From: Tubulanus polymorphus
Taxonomy: Eukaryota; Animalia; Nemertea
Length of the DNA stretch: 64,000 nucleotides
Assembly (NCBI RefSeq): GCF_964204645.1
Contig: NC_134028.1
Location: forward strand, 14,391,653 to 14,455,652
Direction: 5' to 3'
The first letter of the stretch is position 1. Every line of letters starts with the position of its first letter. Shown piece by piece: positions 34,201-45,483 of the stretch. Below the pieces are notes generated by a model. It saw only the letters and a program-made list of their open reading frames with translations. It had not been told where the DNA came from and made no database searches. The position numbers and the translations under genes were made by a program.

Positions 34201-35288
34201 ACATTTATCTTTATATTATTATCTCTTTCTATTTTTGGGATGTTTTTAATTCTAACAGGATACTTATCTATCTTATAATTATTTTCAAATTGTTTATAAT
34301 GAGTTAATCTAAAACTATGTGTAATATCTTCTGTTGGATGTAAACAACTTATTATAGCCCATAGAAAACATTTATCATCTTCATTTTGTATATTTATTAC
34401 AGCATTAGTTTTAAATGGTAGTTTAATATAACTCGATGCTTCAATATCTGGTTCTTTATAATATGATAAATTATATTCATCAATTGGTTTTGATTTAGTT
34501 AACTTATTATATTTTGTGTTATAAACATGTAAAGTCATAAATATTATTTCATCAAATATTAAACCTGATCCTTCAAAATATTTCTCTTCTATTTTACTTT
34601 TTATTTCATTATAACATTTATTTAATTTATCATCTATATGTTGTTTAGATATAATATGTTGTGAATGAGAATTTATATTATATATTGGTTTATCTTCAGA
34701 TTTTATAAACTTTACTTTAACTGATATACTAATTTTAGGATATTCAACATCTGTAATTATTTTTATTATTTCTTTCATATTTTCTAAATGTTTTTTATTT
34801 TCTTCTAATGTTTTACCTTTATGAAATTTAAACTCGATAGCTGCTGGACCAATATCACTTTTAGATGCTTCGGTTATCTCTATATCTTTTTTATTATCTA
34901 ATGAATTAATATAATTTCTTACATCTTCCATGTATGGTCTTTTATTGTTTAATTTATTTTTTATGCTTTTAATTGTCTTCTGTTTCTTATCGTTATCATT
35001 ATCAAAATAATCTTCACCTAAAATATCATTATTCTTATTTCTAATATGACTTATAGATTTTAAATGTTCTTTATAATATCTTTTATCACTGAATGATTGA
35101 TTACATGTATCACATTTGTATGTTTCTTTTTCATTCTTTAATTCATCTAATTTAGTTTCTAATATATCATCTTTATATTCTAGTTTCAATTTATTTTCTA
35201 AATGTGTTCTAGTTTTATTGTGTCTTGCTTTTTGGGATTTATCTATATCGATATTACATGTTGGGCAGTAGTACTTATTTGCTTCCAT
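31257..35288 (-). CDS. Protein-primed family B DNA polymerase with Zn fingers, OTU-like protease and endonuclease VII-like insert
   Basis: 1343 aa intact; YGDFES, FHNLSGYDAH, FIDS (exonuclease); YIDANNLYG, KLMNNAFYGK, YFDTDS (polymerase); RDHDH..G.FRG.AH..CN insert. Confidence 0.97.
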   Translation of the reverse strand: MEANKYYCPTCNIDIDKSQKARHNKTRTHLENKLKLEYKDDILETKLDELKNEKETYKCDTCNQSFSDKRYYKEHLKSISHIRNKNNDILGEDYFDNDNDKKQKTIKSIKNKLNNKRPYMEDVRNYINSLDNKKDIEITEASKSDIGPAAIEFKFHKGKTLEENKKHLENMKEIIKIITDVEYPKISISVKVKFIKSEDKPIYNINSHSQHIISKQHIDDKLNKCYNEIKSKIEEKYFEGSGLIFDEIIFMTLHVYNTKYNKLTKSKPIDEYNLSYYKEPDIEASSYIKLPFKTNAVINIQNEDDKCFLWAIISCLHPTEDITHSFRLTHYKQFENNYKIDKYPVRIKNIPKIERDNNIKINVFDLIKLPNTKGNNIKHYTLEPLYLSKDYDSNDVIDILYYENHYMWIKQIDLFFRTESDHHNKIYLCRKCLHKFSNESTLLNHKQVCDNHDYCKLVLPNEKDKILEFKKYDYKNKVPFVIYGDFESLNKELTDKDRKEIYYKRKKLNSNESDYSEEPPKTNTIKKIHQSAAAFGLYIKSDYPELIESEYYNYRNENVINHFCDLLIEYEIRFGKLLNTNIEIIMTEEDKEEFAFADKCYYCEKIFNYKDKKVRDHDHLNGKFRGAAHEKCNLQAKKINFVPVIFHNLSGYDAHLFIKQLCYKIEEINNEIEILNSNRSKDKIPTYKFRMLAKTSENYISFQFGCLRFIDSYRFLNSSLDNLSKSLVDDELKILKEYYPNNDDFKLMRYKGAIPYSFYKNHNNFKITELLKEQFYDALKNEYVKDEVYNRTLNIWNHFKIENHGQLVDLYLKSDVLLLTDIFERFRDVNLKYFNIDPCHCYSSPGLTWDCGLKFTDIKMDLLTNIVQLLLFEKSIRGGVSGVLGDRYFNVNDNPGYKLLYIDANNLYGWAMMEPQPYGMFEITEVLQIDKFDWKKRILDIADDSDICYFFVVDLEYPENIKFKSRNLAYCPEHKTVKHEELSNYQKRIKPDNHIHTEKLMVTQEDKYNYVVHYRMLKFYLRQGMILKKVHRYISFSQSKWLEKYIDFNTTQRTKSKTDFEKDYFKLMNNAFYGKTCENIRNRNDIELVSNGKRIRHLQSYPKFIGNRIFDENLAAVKMRRTSMKFNKPIYVGASVLELSKLLMYEFYYNVLQPHFGEKHIEILYFDTDSYILKIKTNNITDDLKTLKHHFDFSNYPKNHELFTNDNKKVPGKFKDELGGEEMIEFIGIRSKMYSYKTKTHEAKKLKGITKSVVEKNIHFKDYINCIFNEEVRKHKMKCLRSEDHEMYIEEIEKISLNPFDDKRYILDDGIHTIAYGCNLDEYIKFKREETKENEIMKRILAC

Positions 35289-35940
35289 TTTAATACTAAA
35301 TTTTTTATTAAAATTGATTTTAGAAGTTCAATGATTTAAATGTTATTCATGTACATGATTATTTTAAGAGTAATAGGGGTAATGGGCTTTCATATCAAAG
35401 GTTGAATGGTCGAGTTCATTAAAAACATATATTAAAAGTAATTAAAAACTATAATATATTTTCATAACCGCGTGCATTTCAGTTGAATAATATAATAATA
35501 GAATAATTATTATTATTAAAATATATTTGATTATATGAATTTGTGTATTGTAAATAAATCAATTGGTCAATTGATTTGACCTTGGGAGGTTTAAACATCC
35601 CGAATCCAATTTGCGAAATATCGGCCCTCTTTGTCGGCGGTAATGAAAGAATACATAGAGTGAAGTTTCTATTGTGCGCCGGCCGCATTTTGTTCACGAA
35701 TAGCTTACGTAATTATAATTCAAGTCGAAATCAGAGGCGGTTATAGCGCTCTATGGCCCACGCTCAATTCATACAATATGCATTTAAAATTATTGATATC
35801 TTAGAATAAATATTTAGTTTTGATATAAAATGCACGCGGTTATGAAAATATATTATAGTTTTTAATTACTTTTAATATTTGTTTTTTTAATGAGCTCGAC
35901 CTTTCGACCTTTGGTATGAAAGCCTATTACCCCTATTACT
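35175..35940 (-). repeat. Right TIR of copy 1 with a 202-bp foreign insert (35572-35773)
   Basis: Reverse complement of the left TIR; insert matches 37030-37231. Confidence 0.95.
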
Positions 35941-36849
35941 CACGAACGATTTCACTGAATTTAACCTCATCGTGTTGGATAAAATGAACTTCTGTTGTTA
36001 TTGCGATTCTGCTGTCGTTCAATAGCTTATTCGACTCGCTATCGAAAGGTACAAAACAATGGTTACATGTGTCAATGAACTTATCGCTATTCGAAGTAAT
36101 GGGCGTATTGTGAAAGGTGTTTCTCAAGCACTTCTTATTTCCCATTGCTTAAACGCCAAATTAACATTCAAGATATCAAGCCGATCTATTCTAATTCATA
36201 CCTGGTCGTTTCATAAGCAATTCAAGCGTTTAGTTTGTACTTGAAAATAAAATGAAATCGATTGATTGATGAAAAACAAAACAAACAAACTCAACTAACT
36301 GACTACTGCTATGATACATTTTCATTAACTCATATATTCAACCATATTTGTATTTCTCAGTCTGAGTTATTTGAATTTGATGAACAGAACGTATTCTAGT
36401 TACTGACATTAGCTCGAACCTTGATTATTGTCTAAGTTGTAATATAACTATAACATGCCAGTGGATGTGAACATGCGCCACTCTGGTTTTATCATGAGTT
36501 TGAAGAACGTACATAGAGAACAATGGTGGGGATTCGAATAACGTGCATCTTTCAATCAGAAAAGAGTATCATTACGTATATACATATAGACATTAATATA
36601 ATAACTTTTATCAGAATTATCTCGTCACGCGGAACCAGTAAGAATAGCCGTTATAAAGCCGCAAAGTTTATTGAATGAAATTGATATAATGTCAACGATT
36701 TACGGTCAACAAATGAAACACATCGTACAATGTACAATTAATGAACGAATCAATGAAATTTGCTTCCATTTTATGAGAATCAATTCAAAACAGATGAATC
36801 AGATTCGAATATTTACTTCTTCGTTATGCAAAGGTTTTTTTTCTATCGG

Positions 36850-37231
36850 GGACTCTAAAACGATGTAGGTTTTAGAGTCCATGGTTATATGAATATCTTA
36901 TGATTTCTCAACTTTCATCAAATACTTAGGAACGCCATTTTCAAACCATTGGACGTTTAGGTAAAAAGTTCTGCTAAAATTGATTACGATCGGCTTTTTA
37001 GATAATCTCCACGAAGGTCACAATTTTAGTGATTTGACCTTGGGAGGTTTAAACATCCCGAATCCAATTTGCGAAATATCGGCCCTCTTTGTCGGCGGTA
37101 ATGAAAGAATACATAGAGTGAAGTTTCTATTGTGCGCCGGCCGCATTTTGTTCACGAATAGCTTACGTAATTATAATTCAAGTCGAAATCAGAGGCGGTT
37201 ATAGCGCTCTATGGCCCACGCTCAATTCATA
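36850..37231 (+). repeat. Interspersed repeat copy, likely donor of the TIR insert
   Basis: Matches 10279-10612 (inverse, diverged) and 35572-35773 (no mismatch seen). Confidence 0.85.
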
Positions 37232-38175
37232 AACTGGTCCGCAAATAAAGCGTTTAGAAGTATAATTGACACGTTTGTACTTTTTTACGCTGTAAATTTA
37301 TCATTTTTACGGACTTAAGGACCAAAAATTGGCAATATTTTTGATACAAACTGAGAAAGTATCAAAACATTTGGGAACGTGTTGTAAGCGAAATTCCAAT
37401 TTTTGAGACTTAGAGCCTCGATTTAATGGCTTGATTCACAAAAAAACACATGTAACTTTCGAAGTTAACCAATTTTATGTATGTTTCAAGCGATTAATTA
37501 ACATATATCTGAGAAGTTATTTTTCTCCACATACTCCGCCATAGGCCGCCATTTCTCTGTATCGCATACACGTGGCATGATAGACAGGGTGACCTACAAA
37601 GATTTATTTTAAACTTCTTAAACGAAATGACCATTTTTCTTTTTGATGGTTATATGTATCAAGCAACCACGAAGGTGCTGTGCGTCGATTACAATAAAAA
37701 TTGGACGGATGTCTCAAAAGACCAGAAAATACCAGGCAAATTACTCGTGACTCACAAAGACTGCATACAAAAAATGACATTCCCATACCTGGCTGTGGTT
37801 TGGGGAAATATCCGATCGTGAAACTAAACCTAGGTAGGTTACGTGCTACATTGGACCCGCCATTGCCATACTTAACTTGGTTCTTACACTACATCAGATA
37901 AGTCTATCATATTCAGCATATAACATGAACTTCACTTACCCAAGACGTCATCCCTTGTGTAATTTCTTATTCAGTTCAATTGGTTGTTTGGGGAATACCT
38001 CAGCTGCTGAGGGTATTCCCTAAACAAACAATCAGAGAGCAGCTTTTTCATAATGATGTCAAGAAGCGTGATTATGTACGGCCTACCCCGTTGAAGAGCA
38101 GTGATTAGCTAAAAGAGCCTACTGGATCTCCGCAGAATGAAGGTATTAATTTTCCGGATGTAACATATATAATAC

Positions 38176-38370
38176 AAGGCTCTTTTTCATGTGCTGCTCC
38201 ACGTATGTGGAATAAGCTCCCTATTTCTATTAGAGCATCTGACAGCTTAGCGATTTTCAGGCGACGTCTGAAAACGCATCTGTTTTCATGACTGGTACAA
38301 AAGTGTCTTTGATCACATTTTTTGTGGATACAGGCACTATAAATACATTAATAATAATAATAATAATAAT
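38176..38370 (+). mobile_element. L2/CR1-group LINE 3' end fragment
   Basis: FSCAAPRMWNKLP..IRAS..L..FRRRLKTHLF followed by an (AAT)n tail. Confidence 0.75.
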
Positions 38371-38599
38371 ATATTCGCAGAAAATACCGAACTTTGACTG
38401 CTAACTACTGCGTAACTGGAACGTTTCACGGTTTCATCTCACCATTTTATCTTCGTTTGGTAAGGAAGTGTACGATATAAAAGGGTTTGCGTGCACGGCA
38501 TTTTGTGAGCAAATTATTTCTCCAAATTATTGTCTCCACAGCCATTACGAAGACTCCGTCGACATACGACGAGGTCAGAAATTAACCAAGTTATTAATT

Positions 38600-39250
38600 C
38601 TATTAGATTTTAATTGATCATTTTTCAATATATTTAAACAATATTAAACTTTTAAATATGGAATTGATTAGCATTTGATTAGTCCTAATAATTATTACAA
38701 TTGAATTGATTATTTTTGAATATATTTAATCAATATTAAACTTTTAAGATATGGAAAACATTTAATCTAATGAATGTTTGATTAAAACTATTATTCTTAT
38801 CGATATCAAACTATTGTATATTATTCAAAACATTAAATCTAATAATTATCAGATTGAGTTCACCACTTTTCAGATTTTTAAACAATGTTAAACTCGTAGG
38901 TATTCAAAATATTTAATGCCATCAATATTCAAAACATTCAATTTAATTATAATTTGATTTAAATTTATTATGTTTCAAAAATTTCAATCTATATTACTTC
39001 GAATATTTAAACATTTAATTCATTAATCATCGGATTTGAATTAATAACTTTAAAGTATTCTAACAATATTCAACTTTTAAATTTTCCAAACATTTTTAAA
39101 GTTTAATTACAATTTGATTTGAATTAATCATTTTCTAATCATTTTACATTTAATCTAACTTAATTTGGTTTAATTTGGTTTAATAATCATTAGTTTATTT
39201 TTTAATGTTTAGATTAAGTTTAAAATATAAAGCAAATGTATTCAAAACGT
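38600..39250. repeat. AT-rich degenerate tandem repeat
   Basis: Recurrent TTGATTATTTTTGAATATATTTAA..CAATATTAAACTTTTAA-like units. Confidence 0.5.
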
Positions 39251-39792
39251 TTTATTTAGTGATTCCTTGATTAAAATGATTTATTTACTTTACTTTGGTA
39301 ATGATTTGATATATAAGCTTTTAACTACATACCCCGCAATAACAATATATTTTTCATAAGGATTGAATTCATTTATATTAGTTGATTCATTTCCTAAATC
39401 ACATTGAATTCCAATATTTGATGTTTGATGTATGTTCAGCATAACTAAATAGTTTATTACGAAAATTAATATAATTTGAACGCCGTTCTTTAATTCATTT
39501 AGTAAATTACTTTATTTTGAAATTGTTAAATCACTATTTCATTAAAAGGAATTCCTTTATTTAAAAACTTTATTATTTTACTTATACTCTATTATCTTAT
39601 ATTTTTGGTAAAAATGCGAAAAAAGAGAAGTATTGTTTTTTAATGTTTTAATATAATATTTCTTAAATATTTAGCCAACAATTTCTAAATCATGATGACC
39701 ATCTTCATTTTTTCCAGGGTATATTATGCTAAAACCAGCTATATCTTTTTGTTCATCATTATTTTGTCATTAAAGAAATCATCGTTTCCTAC

Positions 39793-39954
39793 CTGCCCGA
39801 TAAAGATATTAGCAGCCGCATTCAGTGATTCGGCTGCCGTAGTACCCATACAAGTTTGCATCACCCACGCCACTTTCTGTATAATAACCTGCATCCATCC
39901 CAGGTAGTACAGGATATTGATAATGGTACTGAAGAAAACAATAACAGGAAGAAT
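39793..39954 (-). CDS. SLC28A: SLC28/CNT nucleoside transporter exon D
   Basis: ILPVIVFFSTII..LYYLGWMQ..GTTAAESLNAAANIFIGQ; AG/GT boundaries, phase 0/0. Confidence 0.93.
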
Positions 39955-41245
39955 CTGAAAATAAAACGTATTTGTAGATAAAAACATATTTTTCGGGCGT
40001 CACCAGGGGCGTCACTACGACTTGAGAAAGGGCCGTTGGATTTGTAAAGGCTGGGACCCCGTGCACCTAAGGCTAGGGTCGATCACATCCGTATGATGCA
40101 TTATGCATAATGCATTTCCTGTATTACAGTTATTACAGTTATTATTCCTGTATTACACAATTATCATTGTGTATAAAAACCAACGTTTTTTCCATCGTAG
40201 CCTTTCACGTCTCAACTCCAAAACGGGTAAAAGTAGATCTGCGGACTCAACATCTCACCGACAAATGAAGAACTACGCGCTAATCGATGGTTGAAGAGTA
40301 CGTGAAGTAGTTTTCACAAGTCGACAATCGGCAATCAGAAAACCTAACTAATTCCAGCATAAGTAATTTTCCGATTCATCTATCTTCCATTTCCTCAGTG
40401 GCAGTAAGACGCTTTTTCTTATTTTTTTAATCTTTTTCAGTAGATTATTAAATTATTATGTTATTATCATTATTTCTATTTAGGGTTTCTGCTGCATCGC
40501 AGAAACCGTATTGTAATTCTCGTGATTATTCCTTTTACACTTTCCAGACAGATCTTTTTCATAAAATGTATCCCCTCTCAGATTCGACTACTAACAGCTT
40601 ATTAACGTAATTTCAATTCAGAAAGAAATATTACTCAGCGTCGTATCATTTCAGTATTTTATTATGAATTATTATCGCGTACCGTAAAAGAATTTTACTA
40701 GGTCAGAAGAGCGAACAAGAATGTACGTAGGCGTGGACCTAATATCTAAGCTACATTGAATTCTAATATATAATAGCTCTACGAGCCGTCGAGTGAACAG
40801 ACCCGGTAGCGCATCGGTAAACGTACTGGAGCGACGTTCAGTAGTGGGCGTGTTCACCTCCGCCCGCATTTTAACATTATTTTTTTCTAACGGGTTTCTA
40901 TTTGAATTCTATATTCGCACACTCGAATTTATTTTTCGACCCTTCATCTTTTGACCTGAACCCCTATTATCCCTATTACTCTTAAAAAAATCATATATAT
41001 GAATATGAATAACTTCTAAAATCAATTTTAATAAAAAATTTGATATTAAAATGGAAGCAAATAAGAAGTACTACTGTTCAATTTTAATCGTAAAAAGTGT
41101 GAGTAATTAACGAGTGAAATAATTCATATTTAAATCATTGAATATTTATATAAATATGCGTTAAATTCTTATTTTCAATATAAAAATAACGAGTAATTAA
41201 CGAGTTGAAGAAAATATCAATTTTAATAAAAAAAATGACTAATAA

Positions 41246-41638
41246 ATGAATGTACAGATACTACAGTTCAATGATATCGATTTAAATGAATTAGAAAAAT
41301 ATTTTACAATTAGAAATTTTATTCCTATTAAAAAAGATTTGATTAAAACTGGACGTTTTCGTTTTCAAGTGAAAAATATCACTGAATTAATGTTTAAAAA
41401 TCATTATCTAATTAAAGAGTTAGCGAATGATAAGGATAAAATTCCAAAATTCACAACATTTGATGAAATAGATCAAGATTTAATAATAACAGATGAAATA
41501 CGATCACTTTTTAATAATGAAAATTCACATAAATCATTATTCATACACTTACGTTACTGCCCTTTCAGAGAATGCTATGTAATGTTTTTCAGAGTAGAAT
41601 CAAAATATCATAACTCAAAAATAATAATTCAACACTAA
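41246..41638 (+). CDS. Mini-element protein of unknown function (130 aa)
   Basis: Intact ORF in very AT-rich DNA with the family's upstream motif and ATAAATG start. Confidence 0.7.
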   Translation: MNVQILQFNDIDLNELEKYFTIRNFIPIKKDLIKTGRFRFQVKNITELMFKNHYLIKELANDKDKIPKFTTFDEIDQDLIITDEIRSLFNNENSHKSLFIHLRYCPFRECYVMFFRVESKYHNSKIIIQH

Positions 41639-41686
41639 ATATATAATAAGATATTTCAAATTACTTTTAATTTTTCTCTTAAATAA

Positions 41687-41887
41687 GTGGATTGTTTCAG
41701 CATTCCAATTGGGAAAAGTGATTTGAAGCATTATTTAGTTGCTGGAGGTTTAATATTGGCAGCACTTTACTTTGACTATGAAAATATTTCAAAAGATCTA
41801 TTGAATGAAAACATTAAATTGAGTAAAAAGTTAAAGAAGTTAAATGGAAAAAATCATCGAAATAAAAAAGTTATTGAATCAGATTAG
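41687..41887 (+). CDS. Mini-element small TM/coiled-coil protein (66 aa, GTG start)
   Basis: YLVAGGLILAALYF hydrophobic stretch; ATAAGTG may be a mutated ATAAATG. Confidence 0.5.
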   Translation: MDCFSIPIGKSDLKHYLVAGGLILAALYFDYENISKDLLNENIKLSKKLKKLNGKNHRNKKVIESD

Positions 41888-41907
41888 TGAATTAATCGAA
41901 TAATTAA

Positions 41908-42205
41908 ATGAGTGAAAATATATTAAAGTTATTACATCTAATATATAAAAATCAACAGAATATTAAATCAATTATTATGCTGACAGGATTAGTTTCATTT
42001 TCAGTTTACTCATTAAAACAGTTGTTAGAATTTTATGAAAACTGTAAAATTAAATATACAGAATTAAAAGATAATATCAATTATCTATCAGATAGATTGA
42101 ATAATATTTATTTCTTGTGAAATTTGTAATAAAAGATATAAAAATTTAAGGAGTTTAAAAACTCATAAATATATTCATGAATTAGATGAGAAATTACATA
42201 ATTAA
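41908..42205 (+). pseudogene. Mini-element TM protein with C-terminal C2H2 finger (frameshift near 42112)
   Basis: TAAATG start; shifted frame 42116-42205 reads CEICNKRYKNLRSLKTHKYIH (CX2CX12HX3H). Confidence 0.6.
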
Positions 42206-43152
42206 AATTAAGCAATTGACTGTTAAATTGGCTGAAATATATAAAAATGAATAAATTATATGAGGTACGAGTAAGAAACCAAGATTCTTGCCAAGAAAGT
42301 AAGAATTCTTGGATTCTTCCTCGTACCTCTCGTACTTAATTTTATAAAAATGAATAAATTATATGTTTTCACTTAATAAAAATAAAAATAGTTATAATAT
42401 AATCTATTTTTTATACAATTACTAATAATTTACATCTTTAATTTTTATGAAAACTAATTTATATATCTAAGTAAGACGGGTACTAGAGGTACGAGTAAGA
42501 AAGTAAGAATTCTTGGATTCTTACTTGTACGTCTCGTACCTGTCTTACTTTCTTACTTTCTTGGATTCTAGACACAGGGGGGGTCTTATATTCAAGTAAA
42601 CCCTATGTCTTCACAGATTTATCATATTTTCAGCTAATATATTATAACACTGGGAAAGGTACAAATTATATTCAAATATATATATTTTTTTTATAGTAAT
42701 TCTATGAATCTATCAGATAAATATTTTTATTCTTTACGCAGCACTAGAATAATACAAGATGATACTAAGTTTTTCTAGTTGAATTTTAGTCAAATGTAAA
42801 GAAATTTAAAGTAAACAAGAATTGAATAAAAAACATTAAAAAAACAATAAGTAACTTTAACAAAACTAGCTTATTCAATTGTACTGTTTTTTTTTATTGA
42901 ACAAGCTAGTGTTGTTAAATTGACATATTTTTTATTAAAATTGATTTTAGAAGTTATTCATATTCATATATATGAATGTTTTAAGAGTAATAGGGATGAT
43001 AGGGGTTCAGGTCAAAGGTTGAAGGGTCGAAAAATAAATTCGAGTGTGCGAGAATTTATTTTTCGACCTTTCGACCTTTGGCCTGAACCCCTATTATCCC
43101 TATTACTCATGGAATTTTCAAATACGGGAAGGCACTGGCGGTCAAAACTTAC

Positions 43153-43347
43153 AGTGAACGCAAAAAAGTGATGCTTGTAGGTTTTTTCTCCGAATACAAA
43201 CTCTGCCCCGGCTTCAGTGTGTGCTAGGAACTCCGACACTCGGTCACCAGCCCATTTAAATGCGGTGTATCCCCAAAACGTTCTGAGAATTATGAGGGCA
43301 AAGACAAACTGTAGCCCTAACCCCCACAATACAGGTCGCCACTTCAC
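43153..43347 (-). CDS. SLC28A: SLC28/CNT exon C
   Basis: VKWRPVLWGLGLQFVFALIILRT..GAEFVFG..FFAFT; AG/GT, phase 0/0. Confidence 0.93.
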
Positions 43348-43637
43348 CTAGAACAATGAATAAAGTCATATAGCAAACGAGTAGCCGATGGTTGATATTA
43401 TTTTTGGGGGCATCTTTGAGTGTTTATGGGCCCTCGTCCTTCTAGGTAATGCAACTTTTTCAGTTTGAAACTAATTTCTAACATAGAACGAGAAACCCGG
43501 CTTGCAACTGACGAGGAAAGCCGGTCTTTAGTTTAGTTTATTTGCATAATACAATTTTTTGGGGACTGCCCTTTTTTGATCAACGCTAATCTATTCTACG
43601 TTCTTAAAAGTAACATGTGACCTTCCTTATTTATTAC

Positions 43638-43782
43638 CTTGGATGGATTCTTGGATGTAACAAAGCACAACAAGACATACGCAATCAGACCCGCTCCAGA
43701 TAAGAGATTTCTGGGGTTTTTCATTCCAACCTCTAACACTAATACCAAAATCAATGCTATCAGTACCAACACAATGAAAACC
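43638..43782 (-). CDS. SLC28A: SLC28/CNT exon B
   Basis: VFIVLVLIAL..NLLSGAGLIAYVLLCFVTSKNPSK; phase 2/0 compatible with both neighbours. Confidence 0.9.
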
Positions 43783-44609
43783 CTACAAGGATATGGCACA
43801 AACATATTATAGTGAAGATATCAATTATAAATAGATAAATGGTTAAAATGGCAAATTCAATTTTTTTCCATAATTTTTATAACACCTGTGCCTCTATTTC
43901 CTAATATGCGATGCCGTACGCAATTGCTGGTAATCCTTAACCGGTGGATAGATCAAACATTGAGCATAAATAATACTGTAAAGGTTATCTGCTTTGATAG
44001 AGGTTATGAGGTATGAAAGTTAGAAAGGTATAAATAGTATTTCTGCTACAATCAATTCAATTGTTGTAGGCCTATCTTAGTTTGATAAATGTATATAGGT
44101 AAGTGAAGTTGCAAGTTATTATATGCGATAATGAAACGTTTTATACATTTGTAATGATCAAAATATTGGTAATAATAAAATTCGAATATAAAAATATTTC
44201 TTGTACCCCGTAAGAAATAAATCTAATCAATTTGGTCTATGGAGCCAATTGAAGTAAACTTCATACTGTTCATGTTTCATGGAAAATCATTGATGAATAA
44301 AGAACACCCGAGAAGTTACAAATTGATGATTTTGCGAATTGAAACTGTTTTAACAAATTGAAATTGTTTTACAGTATGAAGTACATTAGCGCCCTTTTCA
44401 ATGTGATACAATATTCAACGTTAGTTTCCACTAAATTTGTATCATTACGCCCAGCGTATAACTGACTAATCCTAGCAGTCATCTCTCCCTGGGGGGAAGT
44501 AACAATCAATCCAAGCGAGGCGGGATCGAGTATACAATATGGAAAAATAGTCCAATGACATCTATACCTGACGTATCAATACGCACAATGCAGGCCGAAG
44601 ATCTGCCAA

Positions 44610-45170
44610 TCTTAACATTCCCAACATTCCAGCAATACCGACATACCGGCAATCCCAACATACCGGCACTCCCGACATACTGACACTTTCGACATACCGG
44701 CAGTCCCAACATACCGGCAATCCGACATTCCGGCACTCCCGACATACCGGTACTCCGACATACAGGCACACCGGACATACATGTTTTGAAAATGTTTATT
44801 TGAAAGGCTGGGGCGTTCGGTTCCTAATATTCCCTTGTAGAGGGGTGCCAGGATCGTGGGGCATTCGGTTCCTAAATAATCCCCTGTTGAGAGGTGCCGG
44901 GATCGCTGGCCGTTCGGTTCCTAATATTCCCCTGTATAGAGGTGCCGGGATCGTGGGTCGTTCGGTTCCTAATTATCCCCTGTAGAGAGATTCGTGGGGC
45001 GTTCGGTTCCTAATATTCGCCGGTAGAGAGGTGCTGGGGTCATTGGGCGTTCGGGTCCTCATATTTCACTGTACAGAGGTGCTGGCATCGTGGTATGTCG
45101 AATTGCCTATATGTCGGTGTGTCGGTCCGTCGGGATTGTCGGGTAGGTCTGATTGTCGGTATGTCCCAGT
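44610..45170. repeat. GC-rich compound minisatellite
   Basis: CCGACATACCGGCA-type short units (44610-44780), ~45-bp tandem units (44805-45090), inverse short units (45090-45170). Confidence 0.85.
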
Positions 45171-45424
45171 TTTCAAAAACACATATAAACACACATGCTT
45201 TAACGCATGCGCACTCTACTGATTTCTCTACTTAGCCGAAAATTGATAGGTAGTTAACGCGTCCTGGAACTACGGTCGAGCCGGAAGGAATTGCCAGTGT
45301 TATGATTCAAAAACAGAATTATGAACCGAAGCACTCATTCATTCACCCATCTTAAGCTTCCGCAATGAGAGATTATATTGCCATATTCTGAACTTGATCC
45401 GCTAGGCGCTCAGGTGTCATCTAG

Positions 45425-45483
45425 CAGACCAGGTACCCATTTATCCCTCGCTCAAGAGAGGCATTGAGGATATGTGTCTTGCC
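45425..45483 (-). mobile_element. Possible SINE conserved-core fragment
   Basis: CCAGGTACCCATTTA..GAGAGGCA..GTGTCTTGCC resembles widespread metazoan SINE cores; short and degenerate. Confidence 0.35.

Larger units (their letters stand above)
14210..35940. mobile_element. Complete Maverick/Polinton (adintovirus-like endogenous virus), copy 1
   Basis: Termini AGTAATAGGGG...CCCCTATTACT; 6-bp TSD CACGAA (14204-14209, 35941-35946); pPolB, integrase, ATPase, MCP and penton genes. Confidence 0.97.
40915..43107. mobile_element. Non-autonomous mini-Maverick with its own small genes, in a CNT intron
   Basis: Inverted ends 40915-~41040 and ~42928-43107 related to copy 1 TIR, ending CCCTATTACT; MEANK PolB stub at 41051; outer left arm missing. 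Confidence 0.88.

Noticed and set aside
37984-38026. ~43-bp near-perfect palindrome
   Set aside because: Single instance, probably a collapsed MITE; nothing else supports a function.
40478-40530. Short hairpin resembling a Helentron/DINE-type end
   Set aside because: Too short and no partner end identified.
44805-45090. CRISPR-like ~45-bp periodicity
   Set aside because: Units are contiguous and similar along their whole length, with no unique spacers or cas genes; eukaryotic minisatellite.
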